Both the position numbers and the translations under genes were made by a program. The notes beneath the pieces were generated by a model that ran no database searches, was not told the DNA's origin, and saw only the letters and a list, made by a program, of their open reading frames with translations. A stretch of DNA of 64,000 bases, the filler included, from Stramenopiles sp. TOSAG23-3 (taxonomy: Eukaryota): NCBI GenBank assembly GCA_900128585.1. It is 7 parts of 7 records of this genome, joined end to end, with 100 filler letters (N's around TTAATTAATTAA, not from the genome) between each part and the next. Parts side by side here need not be neighbours in the genome. Positions count along the whole stretch, not along the records: positions 46,029 to 55,117 come from LT642957.1; positions 55,218 to 64,000 come from LT642983.1; 5 more parts are not named here. One strand, written 5' to 3'. Positions 53,734-63,747 of the stretch are shown piece by piece. The first letter of the stretch is position 1, and every line of letters begins with the position of its first letter.

Positions 53734-55117
53734 TTAATCCTCAAAATCGCTGTCTGCGCCGACGTCTTCTTTCAAATCCCCCTGGCCTTCTGCCTCGTCG
53801 GCGTCGGATCCAAAGTCGTCGTCTTCCTCGTCTGGCCAGTTTCCAGCCATCGCATCAAACAAGGTCGGTTCCATATCCAACATTTTGTCTTCCTCGTGGA
53901 CTTTGTAAGCCGGGAGCTTGTCGCGGCTGGTCACGTCAAAGGAAATTTCTGTGCTGGTGTGGTCAAGGCCGACGTAGCAGCTAGATTTGACGATAACCCG
54001 CATCTTGTACTGCTTCGGGGGGCCGGACAAAAATTGCAGGCGAGTTTTCAACGAACTTCTTTGTTTTACAATTTTCTCTTCGAGATCAAAAATACGACTT
54101 TCCGTCTCTTCCCTCTCGGCGTCTTCTTCCTTCGTCTTGTTCGCGCTGTTATCTTTCGATGCACCATCATCGTTTTCGTCCCCTCCTTTTCGCTGCCTAA
54201 GTCCTGCGCTGGCGTCCGACGGCTTCGCTACTTCGCTGTCCTCCGAACTCGTTTTTGGGAGAGACGCCCTCAACGCTGCAACGTCGCGTTCGAGCTTTTC
54301 GATCTCCTTGTACGTGCGCAGAGAATCTAGGCGGTCCTGCCCTGAGATTTCACGGGACATCAAAAGTCGCTGGCCGCTACCCCCGCCCCGTGGGTTTGGC
54401 ATGTCCCAGATAAGGAACAGCCACCACTTTTCTTCCATATCAAAGGGGTACACGAACGAGTGAATGGGGGGGCACACGGGTTTATCCCCCTCGTCGTCGT
54501 CATCGTTGTCTGCTTCCGCCCCACCCTCCACGAAGGAGGGCATCCTCACGTCGATCGTCACCAAATCGCCTTCGGCAATGAAATTGTAGCCCTCCTCGGT
54601 GTCGTCGACGCCGACGGACAGTTTGACTTCAAAATCGGGGAGCACGCTCATGATTGCCCTGGTGTCGGCCTGCTGCTGCTCCGTAAAATCGCGCTGGCCG
54701 CGCTTCTTGCCCGTTTGACGAAGCTCCTCGCTTCTCAGGTACGCCCGGAGGTCTTCTTCGCGGGGGCTCTTCCCCCGGCTCTTTTTGACGTGGTGCACCT
54801 GCTCTTCGCCAAAGTGTGGCAGCTGCAACAAACTAGATTGGAACATGCTGCCGGACTTTGGGTTCCTTGACAGCCAGATGCCCTGTAGTATGGCCTGGCG
54901 AAAGTTAAGGATATTCATCAGCGTAACCAGCCATTCGCCCACGTTCCCCTGGCTGTAATGGGTCTTCATCAGCCCAATGCTCAGCATGCTGTCGATCAAC
55001 TTCGGGGCCCGACGGAGGATCTCGTCCAAATCCTTCTGCATGTCCGCGGACAGAGTGTCCGTCATTCTGTGCAGGTGCGCGACGATGAGGTAGTAACTCT
55101 TCAAGTGGGGCAGCGCC
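53734..55117 (-). CDS. SEC63: SEC63 translocon subunit, C-terminal Brl/Sec63 domain, 5' truncated
   Basis: YYLIVAHLHR, SLLQLPHF, EGDLVTI, IHSFVYPFDMEEKWWLFL, KSSCYVGLD, highly acidic tail. Confidence 0.88.
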
Positions 55118-55217
55118 NNNNNNNNNNNNNNNNNNNNNNNNNNNNNNNNNNNNNNNNNNNNTTAATTAATTAANNNNNNNNNNNNNNNNNNNNNNNNNNN
55201 NNNNNNNNNNNNNNNNN
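55118..55217. other. Artificial contig linker
   Basis: N44-TTAATTAATTAA-N44. Confidence 0.99.
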
Positions 55218-55221
55218 TGAT

Positions 55222-55345
55222 GGAGAGAAGAAAAAAAGAAGAAACAAGAAGAAGAAGAAGAAGAAACAAGAAGAAGAAACAAGACGAAGAAGACGAAGAA
55301 AGAAGAAGAAGAAGAAGAAGAAGAAAAAAAAGAAGAAAAAAGAAC
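55222..55345 (+). repeat. Imperfect (AAG)n microsatellite
   Basis: Long GAAGAAGAA tract at the contig start; explains the spurious ORF 55220-55468. Confidence 0.9.
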
Positions 55346-55512
55346 CGCTGTTATTACATTATGTACTTGATTGTAATTGTTTATATTCTTATGATAGGAT
55401 TATCTATTCGTCGTCTAATAATATTACCGGTAAAAGAGGGGGGGCGTAGGAGGGAGAAGAAGCAGTAAGTATATGAAACAGTTACCATCAATAAAACAGA
55501 GTAAGCAATTAA

Positions 55513-56457
55513 TTAAGAAGGTTTCCCGGAGGCGGAGTCATCCATCCAATCAAAAACGGGAAACATACATTTTCGTCCAACACCACAGCACCCCAAACAT
55601 TCACATATATTTTCATTCATCTTTTTCACTGCAAGTGCCATTGGGTCCCCAAGCTTTTCCAGCATAGCCTCGCACTTCTCTTCCAACGACGGAAAATTCC
55701 CCCCAAACGTTCCATCGAGCGGAATGTTCAATTTGGAAACGTCTTCACGGTGCAGATCGTTTTCTCCACGCGTGTTGGAGTACTTGTCTTTATGGATTGG
55801 GGCATTGGCCATGCGCCCTTCTAAAATTTTATCATTCGCCAAATTTTTGCATTTTGCTTCGTCAATTTCTACATGAACTTGTACGTTCGCTTCCATGCAC
55901 TGTTTGCAGGCACGGTCTGCCGCGTCCTTATCGTATGTATCGTGCCGGCACTGCGTGTACGGCAGGACCGATTGAGGGTACGTGTTGTCAGGGAACTGGG
56001 CCCGCTCTACCCATCTGTACATCATTTTGTTCTTCTCGCAACATTGGCTTTCCGTGCATCCTTCAGAAATAACCATCCGGCACAGCGCGGAGGACCATGG
56101 CTCATGGTTTAAATACGAAAAGTCGCCGTTGCCGGTCACAAAACACCGCGCCCCGTTTATCAAACAAAGCGGTTCACAAAAATCTTTCTTGCACTGCTGT
56201 AACATGTCTGGCGTGCTGAAATCCCCGGCATTGTTTGTATTACACATCTTATTGGGCAAACCGAAGCAAACGCCATCTTTCACCTTGCCATGTTCTTCGG
56301 GGGGTCTCAGCGATGGCACATGACGTTTCGCGATCAACCCCAGCTCGTTTTCAAAGACTTCCGATGAGCCCGGGACTCCGGCAACTTGTTGCTGCACCGG
56401 TATTGCCGTTGCGACGGACAAAACAAAGAACCCCAAGGCAAGGTTCAACTTTAACAT
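55513..56457 (-). CDS. Secreted cysteine-rich protein of unknown function
   Basis: Signal peptide MLKLNLALGFFVLSVATA; many Cys, including CKKDFCEPLC, CCEK, CKQC and CECLGCC. Confidence 0.85.
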   Translation of the reverse strand: MLKLNLALGFFVLSVATAIPVQQQVAGVPGSSEVFENELGLIAKRHVPSLRPPEEHGKVKDGVCFGLPNKMCNTNNAGDFSTPDMLQQCKKDFCEPLCLINGARCFVTGNGDFSYLNHEPWSSALCRMVISEGCTESQCCEKNKMMYRWVERAQFPDNTYPQSVLPYTQCRHDTYDKDAADRACKQCMEANVQVHVEIDEAKCKNLANDKILEGRMANAPIHKDKYSNTRGENDLHREDVSKLNIPLDGTFGGNFPSLEEKCEAMLEKLGDPMALAVKKMNENICECLGCCGVGRKCMFPVFDWMDDSASGKPS

Positions 56458-57759
56458 GTTTATCAACGGCGAAGGTTAATATTTTACTCCAGGTAAAAGA
56501 CGAAGTAAAAGTAAAAGAGCAAGTTTGCCGTTTCAAGCATTGGTCGTATTGAACCAATTCACGCAATCCTTAAAGTAACAAACAACTTTGAAGTTTGTAA
56601 ATATTGAACTGATTATTAAATTATTAATAATAATAATAAGAATTGGTCCCCCCCCCCCCACTTCCCACTTCTTCTCATTTCATTGTGGAATTCTCAGTTA
56701 CCAAACCCTAACCCTAACTTGGTACTCTTACATTAACTTTAATTTACATAGATAATATATTGTACTATACTAAATATAATAACTACGATTATGATGTAGT
56801 AGTATACATAAATTATTATACTTGTATGATTTATTCCCCTATAATTATTTTCTAGGTGAATTAAAACCATTTCACCCAATTAGCACTTGAAGTATTACAC
56901 AGTATCAAATCAGAAGTGAGCCTTTTCTCTCTTTTCTATTTGTTTTTTTCTTCCGTTGTGAAATTTACCATTCATTTCATTCAATCCTTCATATTCCTTC
57001 ATATTCCTTCATATTCCTTCCTTCCTTCCTTTCCTTCATTCCTTCTTAAACGCGCGAAAAAAAGGTTTTTCTCCAATTAATTTTTTTAATGAATAGCTGC
57101 TGTTACCTTTTCCAAAAAAATTACTTTTACCATAGCCGCACATTCTTAAGTTTTCCTTTTTTTTTTTTTTTTTTAAATAATAAGGAAATGAATATATTTC
57201 CAATAATATATTATTCTTATTAATACATTAAATAGCATAATAGTTTTAATAATAAATTAGGATTAGATTCCATTAAATCCTAATTTTTTTCATTTCTCAG
57301 GATTACCTTCCTTCATTTGAGTCCATCCGTAAAACGTCTGTTTTTGTTTTAAGATTTTCGCATTCGTATGTCTATCGTGTGTTCATGTTAAATTGAAAAG
57401 TTCAGTGTGAAACTCGATTTTTTAATCTTTTTTTCTTCTTCAGGAATCCCTCAAAATACGATCGGAATGTCTATCGTGTGTTCATGTTATCAAAAGGTCT
57501 TTTTTTTTTTTCCGACACAGAAGAAAAAAAGGATATTTTCTTCTTTTTGTTTTAACTACTACATCATAATAACAGCAAGGGACAAGCAACTAACTTCACT
57601 TGTACCGATCGGTTTACACGCGGAAGGTGTTTGACACCGCTTCCCGTAGAAGTAGTAAATGTTAAGATTGATTGAGGGAGTGGGAGAAAAAGAAAACTAC
57701 TCTTCAACCAAACTATATTAGTTAACATATTTATTTGTTTTCAAAGTTATCAATTCATC

Positions 57760-59178
57760 ATGAAGATCACAGCAATTGTTATGGCCGCCTTGTGCGCGGT
57801 CGTCGCCGCCAAGCCAGAAGCCCGCAACCTGAAGCTTATGGCCAGTATCACCGTTGACCTTGACTCCGAGGAAGTAGACACCAAGACCAAGTGGAAGGCC
57901 TGGAAAGGTAAATTCGGCAAGGTCTACAAGACCCTTGAAGAAGAGGCCAAAGCCATGAGCACCTTCGCCGCCAACGATGCCTTTGTTATCGAACACAACA
58001 AGCAAGGCCACTCCTACACCGTAGGCCACAACGAGTTCTCCGACTTGACCTCCACCGAGTTCGCCAAGATGTACACTGGCTGGAGAGATGCCGACAAGCA
58101 GATCAACCGCGAAAAGAACTACGACATGTCCCTCCTGACTGCCGCCGCCCCAAAAAGCATCGACTGGTCGCAGAAGGGTGCCGTAACCCCAATCAAAAAC
58201 CAAGGCCAATGCGGTTCCTGCTGGGCCTTCTCCACCACCGGTTCCGTCGAAGGTGCATACCAAATCGCCACCGGAAACTTGGTCTCCTTGTCCGAACAAG
58301 ACTTGGTAGACTGCGACAAAGTCGACCACGGCTGCCAAGGTGGTTTGATGGACAACGCATTCAACTTCATCATCAAGAACGGTGGTATCTGCTCCGACGC
58401 CGAACTCCCATACCAAGGAGTTGACGGACAGTGCCCGTCCCCAGCCTGCAAGAACGCGGTCACCATCACCGGCCACGTCGACGTCCCGAAAATGAACGAA
58501 GACGCCCTTGTTGCCGCCATCGGCAAGAACCCAGTCTCCGTTGCCATCGAAGCCGACAAACCAGCATTCCAAATGTACAAATCTGGTGTATTCAACAACA
58601 CCGGGTGCGGAACCCAATTGGACCACGGTGTACTTGCCGTAGGTTACGGAACCATGAACGGACAAGACTACTACAAGGTCAAGAACTCCTGGGGCGCAGC
58701 ATGGGGTGACCAAGGTTACATCTACATGGCACGTGGATCCAACATGTGCGGTATCTCCCAGTGCGCCAGTTACCCAACTGGAGCCAAGAAAGCAAGCGGC
58801 GCCGGTCCTTCCCCAGGCCCGTCCCCAGGCCCAAGCCCAGGCCCAAGCCCAGGCCCGTCCCCAGCCGGCACCCACTACGGTGATCCATACCAACACGCCT
58901 GCGAGGCCAAGGAAGAAAACGTAACCATCACCGGTGTTAAGGGCGCATTCTGCTCCCCACCATGCACGTTGGGCATCATCTGCCCATCGGACAAGCCAAC
59001 TGGTGTTACTGCCAAGCCGCAATGCGCACTTCAGACCTCTGCCGGTGCCAAGTACTGCGCCTTGATCTGCTCCCCAAGCACCGACAAAAAGAGTCTTCGT
59101 GCCGGTGACGCCCAGTGCGGTGCCGACGCAAGCTGCAAGCCAATCAGCGGTGTTGGACTGTGCACTTACGACCAGTAA
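57760..59178 (+). CDS. Cathepsin L-like C1A protease with (PSPG)n linker and C-terminal 10-Cys domain
   Basis: Signal peptide, I29 propeptide, QGQCGSCWAFS, LDHGVLAVGYG, VKNSWG; GPSPGPSPG linker; THYGDP...LCTY; strong bias to C-ending codons. Confidence 0.96.
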   Translation: MKITAIVMAALCAVVAAKPEARNLKLMASITVDLDSEEVDTKTKWKAWKGKFGKVYKTLEEEAKAMSTFAANDAFVIEHNKQGHSYTVGHNEFSDLTSTEFAKMYTGWRDADKQINREKNYDMSLLTAAAPKSIDWSQKGAVTPIKNQGQCGSCWAFSTTGSVEGAYQIATGNLVSLSEQDLVDCDKVDHGCQGGLMDNAFNFIIKNGGICSDAELPYQGVDGQCPSPACKNAVTITGHVDVPKMNEDALVAAIGKNPVSVAIEADKPAFQMYKSGVFNNTGCGTQLDHGVLAVGYGTMNGQDYYKVKNSWGAAWGDQGYIYMARGSNMCGISQCASYPTGAKKASGAGPSPGPSPGPSPGPSPGPSPAGTHYGDPYQHACEAKEENVTITGVKGAFCSPPCTLGIICPSDKPTGVTAKPQCALQTSAGAKYCALICSPSTDKKSLRAGDAQCGADASCKPISGVGLCTYDQ

Positions 59179-59480
59179 ATGATGTCGCGTTGTGCATGGA
59201 GAAGAAAGTTTCCATAGTGTTCCCAAAAGTAATGGGGTTTTAGTGCTGGACACGACAGGCTGCGAATCATCTTGGGCATTCCCAAATTATTTGTAGCCAC
59301 GAATGTGCGTTTTATCCAAGCGAATCAAAAAAAGTAAAATCAAGTAAATATTACCGAAGACTACGTAAAACTTTTTCTTTTCTGTAAAAAAGAAAACATT
59401 TTCATTACAAGTATTTACTAAGCTTACCTCTTGTACAAATTTATACACGCACCGAACACCCTGGGCGCACGCTGTCGTGC

Positions 59481-61187
59481 TCACACGAGCCTCGAGAGCA
59501 ATTCGAAGTTTGGGCTGCCCCACCCCGTGGCAGGGTCCCAGCCCTCAGTGGCCGTGAACCCGTATTTCGAACCTCCATTGTTGCATCCAGTTATCACATC
59601 GTTGAATGCCGTCGGGTTCTTGTAGATAAAGGGGTTTAAGAATCCCAGGGGTGGCTTGCCGGCCTTGAATCGAATGTCGTTAAGCTTTGCAAATACGGCT
59701 GCCGTGACGGGGGTAGCGGCAGACGTGCCGTCCACGCCGCTAAAGCTGCCCTCCATCACAACGCAGTACATGTTCACTTCGCCACCGAGCGCTGCGACGT
59801 CCGGAAAGCCGCGGCCGGTATTGTTCCAGGCGTTCGTGGGAGGGCAGTTCGGGCAGTCGTTTTTGTACGCAGCGACTGCGTCGGCTTGCCAGCTGGGGAT
59901 TCCAAACGTATTCGAAAATCCACCCCCGCTGCCTTTCCACGTCGTCTCGTTCCCGATGACGCTCTTCGTAGCAAAGTTGGTGCCCCCCACAGAAGTAATG
60001 TAAGGGGAGGCGGCAGGGAAGCCTGGGTGAAAGTGCTTCGTGAAGATGCCACAGCCTTCGCGACCGCAGACGCCTTGGTCGCCAGACGCGAACAGGATCG
60101 ATAGCCCGCGCACACCGAGCGCTTTGAACTGAGTATTGCACGACTCCATGTACCCAACCCCCGTCTGCTGCGACTCGTCATTGCCGTAGCTGACGCTGTT
60201 CACTAACGGGGGGTCGTCCATTGCGCTGAGAGTCTGGGCCCAGTGCAGCAACGAGTATGGTTCCGAGTACACGTTTGTGAGCGGGATAGCGCCACCCAAT
60301 GACTTGATGTATTGAATGTCCAGGAGGGCCTCTGCCGACGGGCCGCCGTATGGGGGTCCCCCAACTTGCTTTTCCACCGTGATGTTTTCGGTCTTACACG
60401 CTTCGGCGAGTTTGTCGCAGTCCCCCTGGTCCCACCCTTGGTCCTGGAACTCGGCCACTGCCATGGAACTCCTGTTTGAGATTGACTGGCTGGCTGGGGC
60501 ATCACCCAACTTGTAGCGTTCGGTTAAAATTGCAGGTGTGACGTGCCCAGAGCATTTCCCACCACATGTGCCTGTGGGAAACGGCTTATCCCCTAGCCGT
60601 TTGGCGAGTGCCGGCGTTGCGCGCAAATGTGGCAGGCGAACGACGCCGTCCACCGATAGCACAGCATCGGCCACTTCAGCAGGGAAAGAGTAACCCCGTG
60701 GAGCACGGTGCAGCACGACACCGGCACGAGACCGGTGCGTGAACTCGAAGAATTCTGTGTCAAAGAAAGCCTCTGCCTGCGACGCCGTCAGCTCAAACGT
60801 GGCAAGCTCTCCTTCGGTATCCAACGCACCGCGTGGCCCATGCTTGAGAAAGAATTCGCGGAACGCCGACACATGGTGCGGTGCCGGCTGCAGGAGCGCC
60901 GACATCTCTGCACGAGACCAGTGCTGGCCGTACCTTTCGTGATCCGGATCGCTCACCTCACGGAATACACGGTCCAATGTGCGCGCGTTTTCTAGTTTTA
61001 TTCTGAGCGCAACAGTGAACCGGAGTTTAGCACTCCGAGGAGTTCGTGCTCCCATAATCCAATTCTTTGAAGCACCCCTGGGAGAAACGACGTCTGCCTC
61101 CATAGAAACCCTCGTTTCGATTGCCACCACCACAGCTGTTGCCGTCAGAAACAGGCACAAGATAGCGAAAAAAAGTACCGACCCCAT
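59481..61187 (-). CDS. TPP1: Tripeptidyl-peptidase I / sedolisin (S53)
   Basis: Prodomain VSDPDHERYGQH; EALLDIQY (Glu/Asp), SVSYG, FASGDQG, PAASPYITSVGGT, GRGFPDVAA, GTSAATP (Ser), GWDPATGWGSP. Confidence 0.96.
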   Translation of the reverse strand: MGSVLFFAILCLFLTATAVVVAIETRVSMEADVVSPRGASKNWIMGARTPRSAKLRFTVALRIKLENARTLDRVFREVSDPDHERYGQHWSRAEMSALLQPAPHHVSAFREFFLKHGPRGALDTEGELATFELTASQAEAFFDTEFFEFTHRSRAGVVLHRAPRGYSFPAEVADAVLSVDGVVRLPHLRATPALAKRLGDKPFPTGTCGGKCSGHVTPAILTERYKLGDAPASQSISNRSSMAVAEFQDQGWDQGDCDKLAEACKTENITVEKQVGGPPYGGPSAEALLDIQYIKSLGGAIPLTNVYSEPYSLLHWAQTLSAMDDPPLVNSVSYGNDESQQTGVGYMESCNTQFKALGVRGLSILFASGDQGVCGREGCGIFTKHFHPGFPAASPYITSVGGTNFATKSVIGNETTWKGSGGGFSNTFGIPSWQADAVAAYKNDCPNCPPTNAWNNTGRGFPDVAALGGEVNMYCVVMEGSFSGVDGTSAATPVTAAVFAKLNDIRFKAGKPPLGFLNPFIYKNPTAFNDVITGCNNGGSKYGFTATEGWDPATGWGSPNFELLSRLV

Positions 61188-61472
61188 CTTATTTTCATCA
61201 AAAAAATCAAACTCTCTTTCTTTTCTAGTTTTCTAAAATAGTATGTATCAAAGACCAATTAATCTAGTTTCTTTTCTTCCTTTGTTTGAAAGGTGACGTT
61301 TGAAACTTGAAGCTGATAGATTATAGTATTGGTGCTTGAAGAAACTTGAAACTTCCACCATTTATTCGAACATCAACTTTTCGCCCGCCGCCGCCGCCGC
61401 CGCCAAAAAATAATTTATAATAAAAACAAACCCTATTATTTAACACTACCATCATCATCCTCCCTTCTCGCT

Positions 61473-61566
61473 TACGAGTACCGCGAAAATGAATCTGCTC
61501 CTTTTGTCCATTAAAGGGTTACGTTCCTTCATGTACTGCGAACTTATCTCTGCTCCTGTGATTTTA
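61473..61566 (+). repeat. Dispersed repeat, copy 6 (internal modules)
   Basis: GTACCGCGAAAATGAATCTG plus TTCCTTCATGTACTGCGAACTTATCTCTGCTCCTGTGATTT. Confidence 0.8.
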
Positions 61567-61592
61567 AGAACTCTTAGTTTTTTTGTTGCTGA

Positions 61593-63747
61593 TTATACCC
61601 CTTCCCGCAGTGGTTCGACTCTGGTAGAACCATGCACCCTTATTCGGTAGATACATGTGTGCCCAGGATGCCCATGGTTTGTGAGGATTCTAACCTGTAA
61701 ATAAGGGACAATAGCAGCATTTTTGAAAGTGAAGGTTTGAATGCTCTTGTTTGCAGCTGCATCGTATTGCCCCGACGCAAGCAAATATGGGCTTTCTTTC
61801 TTCATATCATAGGCGTATGCCTGAAAGTTTCTGGGCGCAGACCCAATGTTGTGAGCAATCGATGTGGGCACGTGCTCTATGGATATTGCAGTTGGAACTA
61901 CCCCGTTGAAAGGTTGAAGTTGAATTGTTATTCTACCCGTGCTCCCTTTAAATGGCCAACAGTGGCCGAGGCTGACATCCGGCCGTATGACCGCTTCTGG
62001 TGCGACTCTTGAACTTAGCATTGTAGACAAACTCATGTAATGGGTTTTTGAAGTCAGCGAGCCCACAATCATCGCGCCAGCAGCCTCGGAAGCAAAATCG
62101 ACACGGCCCACCCGATCTGCTGCAAACACCTCCAGCGCTTCGTTGATTAAAACTTTCGCCTGTTCCGAAGAAAGTCCAGAACGATCTTTGCTGCGATTTT
62201 GCAATATTCTTTTGGGGGGCTCGGACTGCTTGGTTGCGCAAGCGCCTGAGGACGACCAGCTTTTTGGTTCGGACTGCGTGGCTGTAGCCTTTAACAATTT
62301 GTCTCCATAGGACGCCAGATCTTTTTCAAGACCTTGCAGACGCAACCGCAGATCTGCATTGATGCTCTCGCTTAGTTTGGACTGTTTCGCCAATTCCGAC
62401 TTCAGCATTTTCTTTGCGGCCTTCTCATACACCTTAAACTCTGATCTATATTCTTTCAGTTGCTTTTCGAGCCCTGATTTCAAGTCGCTGCTGGCTCTTC
62501 CAGCATCGGATTTCACGCCATTTATTCGATCTGCCATCTTTTTGAGCTCCGCACCTAGATTGGTTGTTGTCCCATGGACTAGGGTGCGTAACTCTGCAAA
62601 CGTGGTGTTCAACAATTGAACTTTGTTTCCCGATAGTTTCAGCAACTCGGCATGCCTGGAGTCTGCGCGCATTTTCATCGCGTCGATTTCCTTCACAATT
62701 CCGTCCTGCATTGCCGATATGGTGCGATTGATACGCTTCACCGTAGCCCTGGACACGTTGAGGGCCCGAACGATCGCGAGAAGTTCGGAATTAGTAGACT
62801 CTATTCGGGCTTGAAGCGTTGCCAGGTTGCCCTGTTGCTTCTGCATTCTGCCTTCTATGTCCCGCTTAAAACCTTCAACTGCTGCGCCGAGTTTCTTTGC
62901 AACTGACTGAATTTTCTTTTCGGTAAAATGAGCGCATTCGGTACGAAGGTTCTTTGCTGATTTCACTGCCGCAAGATCATTTAAATCAAACTTCGCCTTG
63001 AATTCGTTTTCAACGGTTTCGAAATTCGCAGATGTAGACTTTACAAGTGCCTCGAAGTTTGCCCTGGTCTTTTCCGCGAGGAATTTGCCGTCTTCCTTTG
63101 TGATCTTCATGCTTTTCGCAGTCGTTTGAATTTCTTCACGAATCTGTTTTATGGAAGAAAGGACGGGATCCATCTGTACCTCGCGTCTCCTTTCCAAAAC
63201 GGTAATGTCTTCTCTCACAATCGTTTTAATTATACCTTCTAACTGTGCATTTGTCATTTGAATACTGTACGTCGGTTCGCTTCTGTTTTCCCGTGTGATG
63301 GGTATGTCTGCCCTTATTTCTGGAAACAATCTCCTTCCTTTCACTTTTTTGTTTGGGACAAATATTGCTAGCAGAAATAAACAAACGACAAGCGCTTGGG
63401 TCCAATTAGATTCGTCAAATTCGTGGCCAGAGTTTATGATAGCGTCCTCGAACGTGTCGTCCATCTCTTGGTCAACCTCTTCGGCCCCTCCTTCTTCTCC
63501 TGCATCTTCTCCTGCTTCATAAATTTCTTCACCGCCACTGTCCTCTTCGTTTTCAAACCCGTCGTCGTCAGTTTCTGAATCATCGCTCCTTTTATTCCCT
63601 TTTCTCCGTGCCGTCAGTGGAGTTCCATGTGTTCTCACTCTTTGGGACCGAACGCTTATACTAATCGGATAGAAAGACATTTCGTGTGTCAATCTATTGT
63701 GTGAAAAATTGCACACATCAAACAGCAATTCGCTTCGAATAGCTCAT
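61593..63747 (-). CDS. SUN-domain inner nuclear membrane protein (LINC complex); predicted short first exon 63747-63734
   Basis: Acidic N-terminus, one TM (ALVVCLFLLAIFV), coiled coil, SUN domain (ADRVGRVDFASEAAGA, GHCWPFKG, ISIEHVP, SAPRNF, NHGHPGHTCIYRIRVHG). Confidence 0.93.

Noticed and set aside
9117..55217. Regularly spaced TTAATTAATTAA repeats about every 9.2 kb
   Set aside because: Artificial six-frame-stop linkers inside Ns between size-sorted contigs. Not biological, and gene neighbourhood across them is meaningless.
57718..59253. 511-aa antisense ORF over cathepsin L, and similar shadow ORFs at 9259-10941, 32890-33801 and 48224-49387
   Set aside because: Mirror frames produced by codon bias and high GC; no recognisable motifs.
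59179..59290. Structured-looking 3' region as a snoRNA or SECIS element
   Set aside because: Box C is imperfect, there is no box D, and the upstream gene has no in-frame TGA.
55513..61187. Operon-like digestive gene cluster
   Set aside because: Only two proteases are adjacent and they are convergent. Such genes are common throughout the window, so adjacency is expected by chance.
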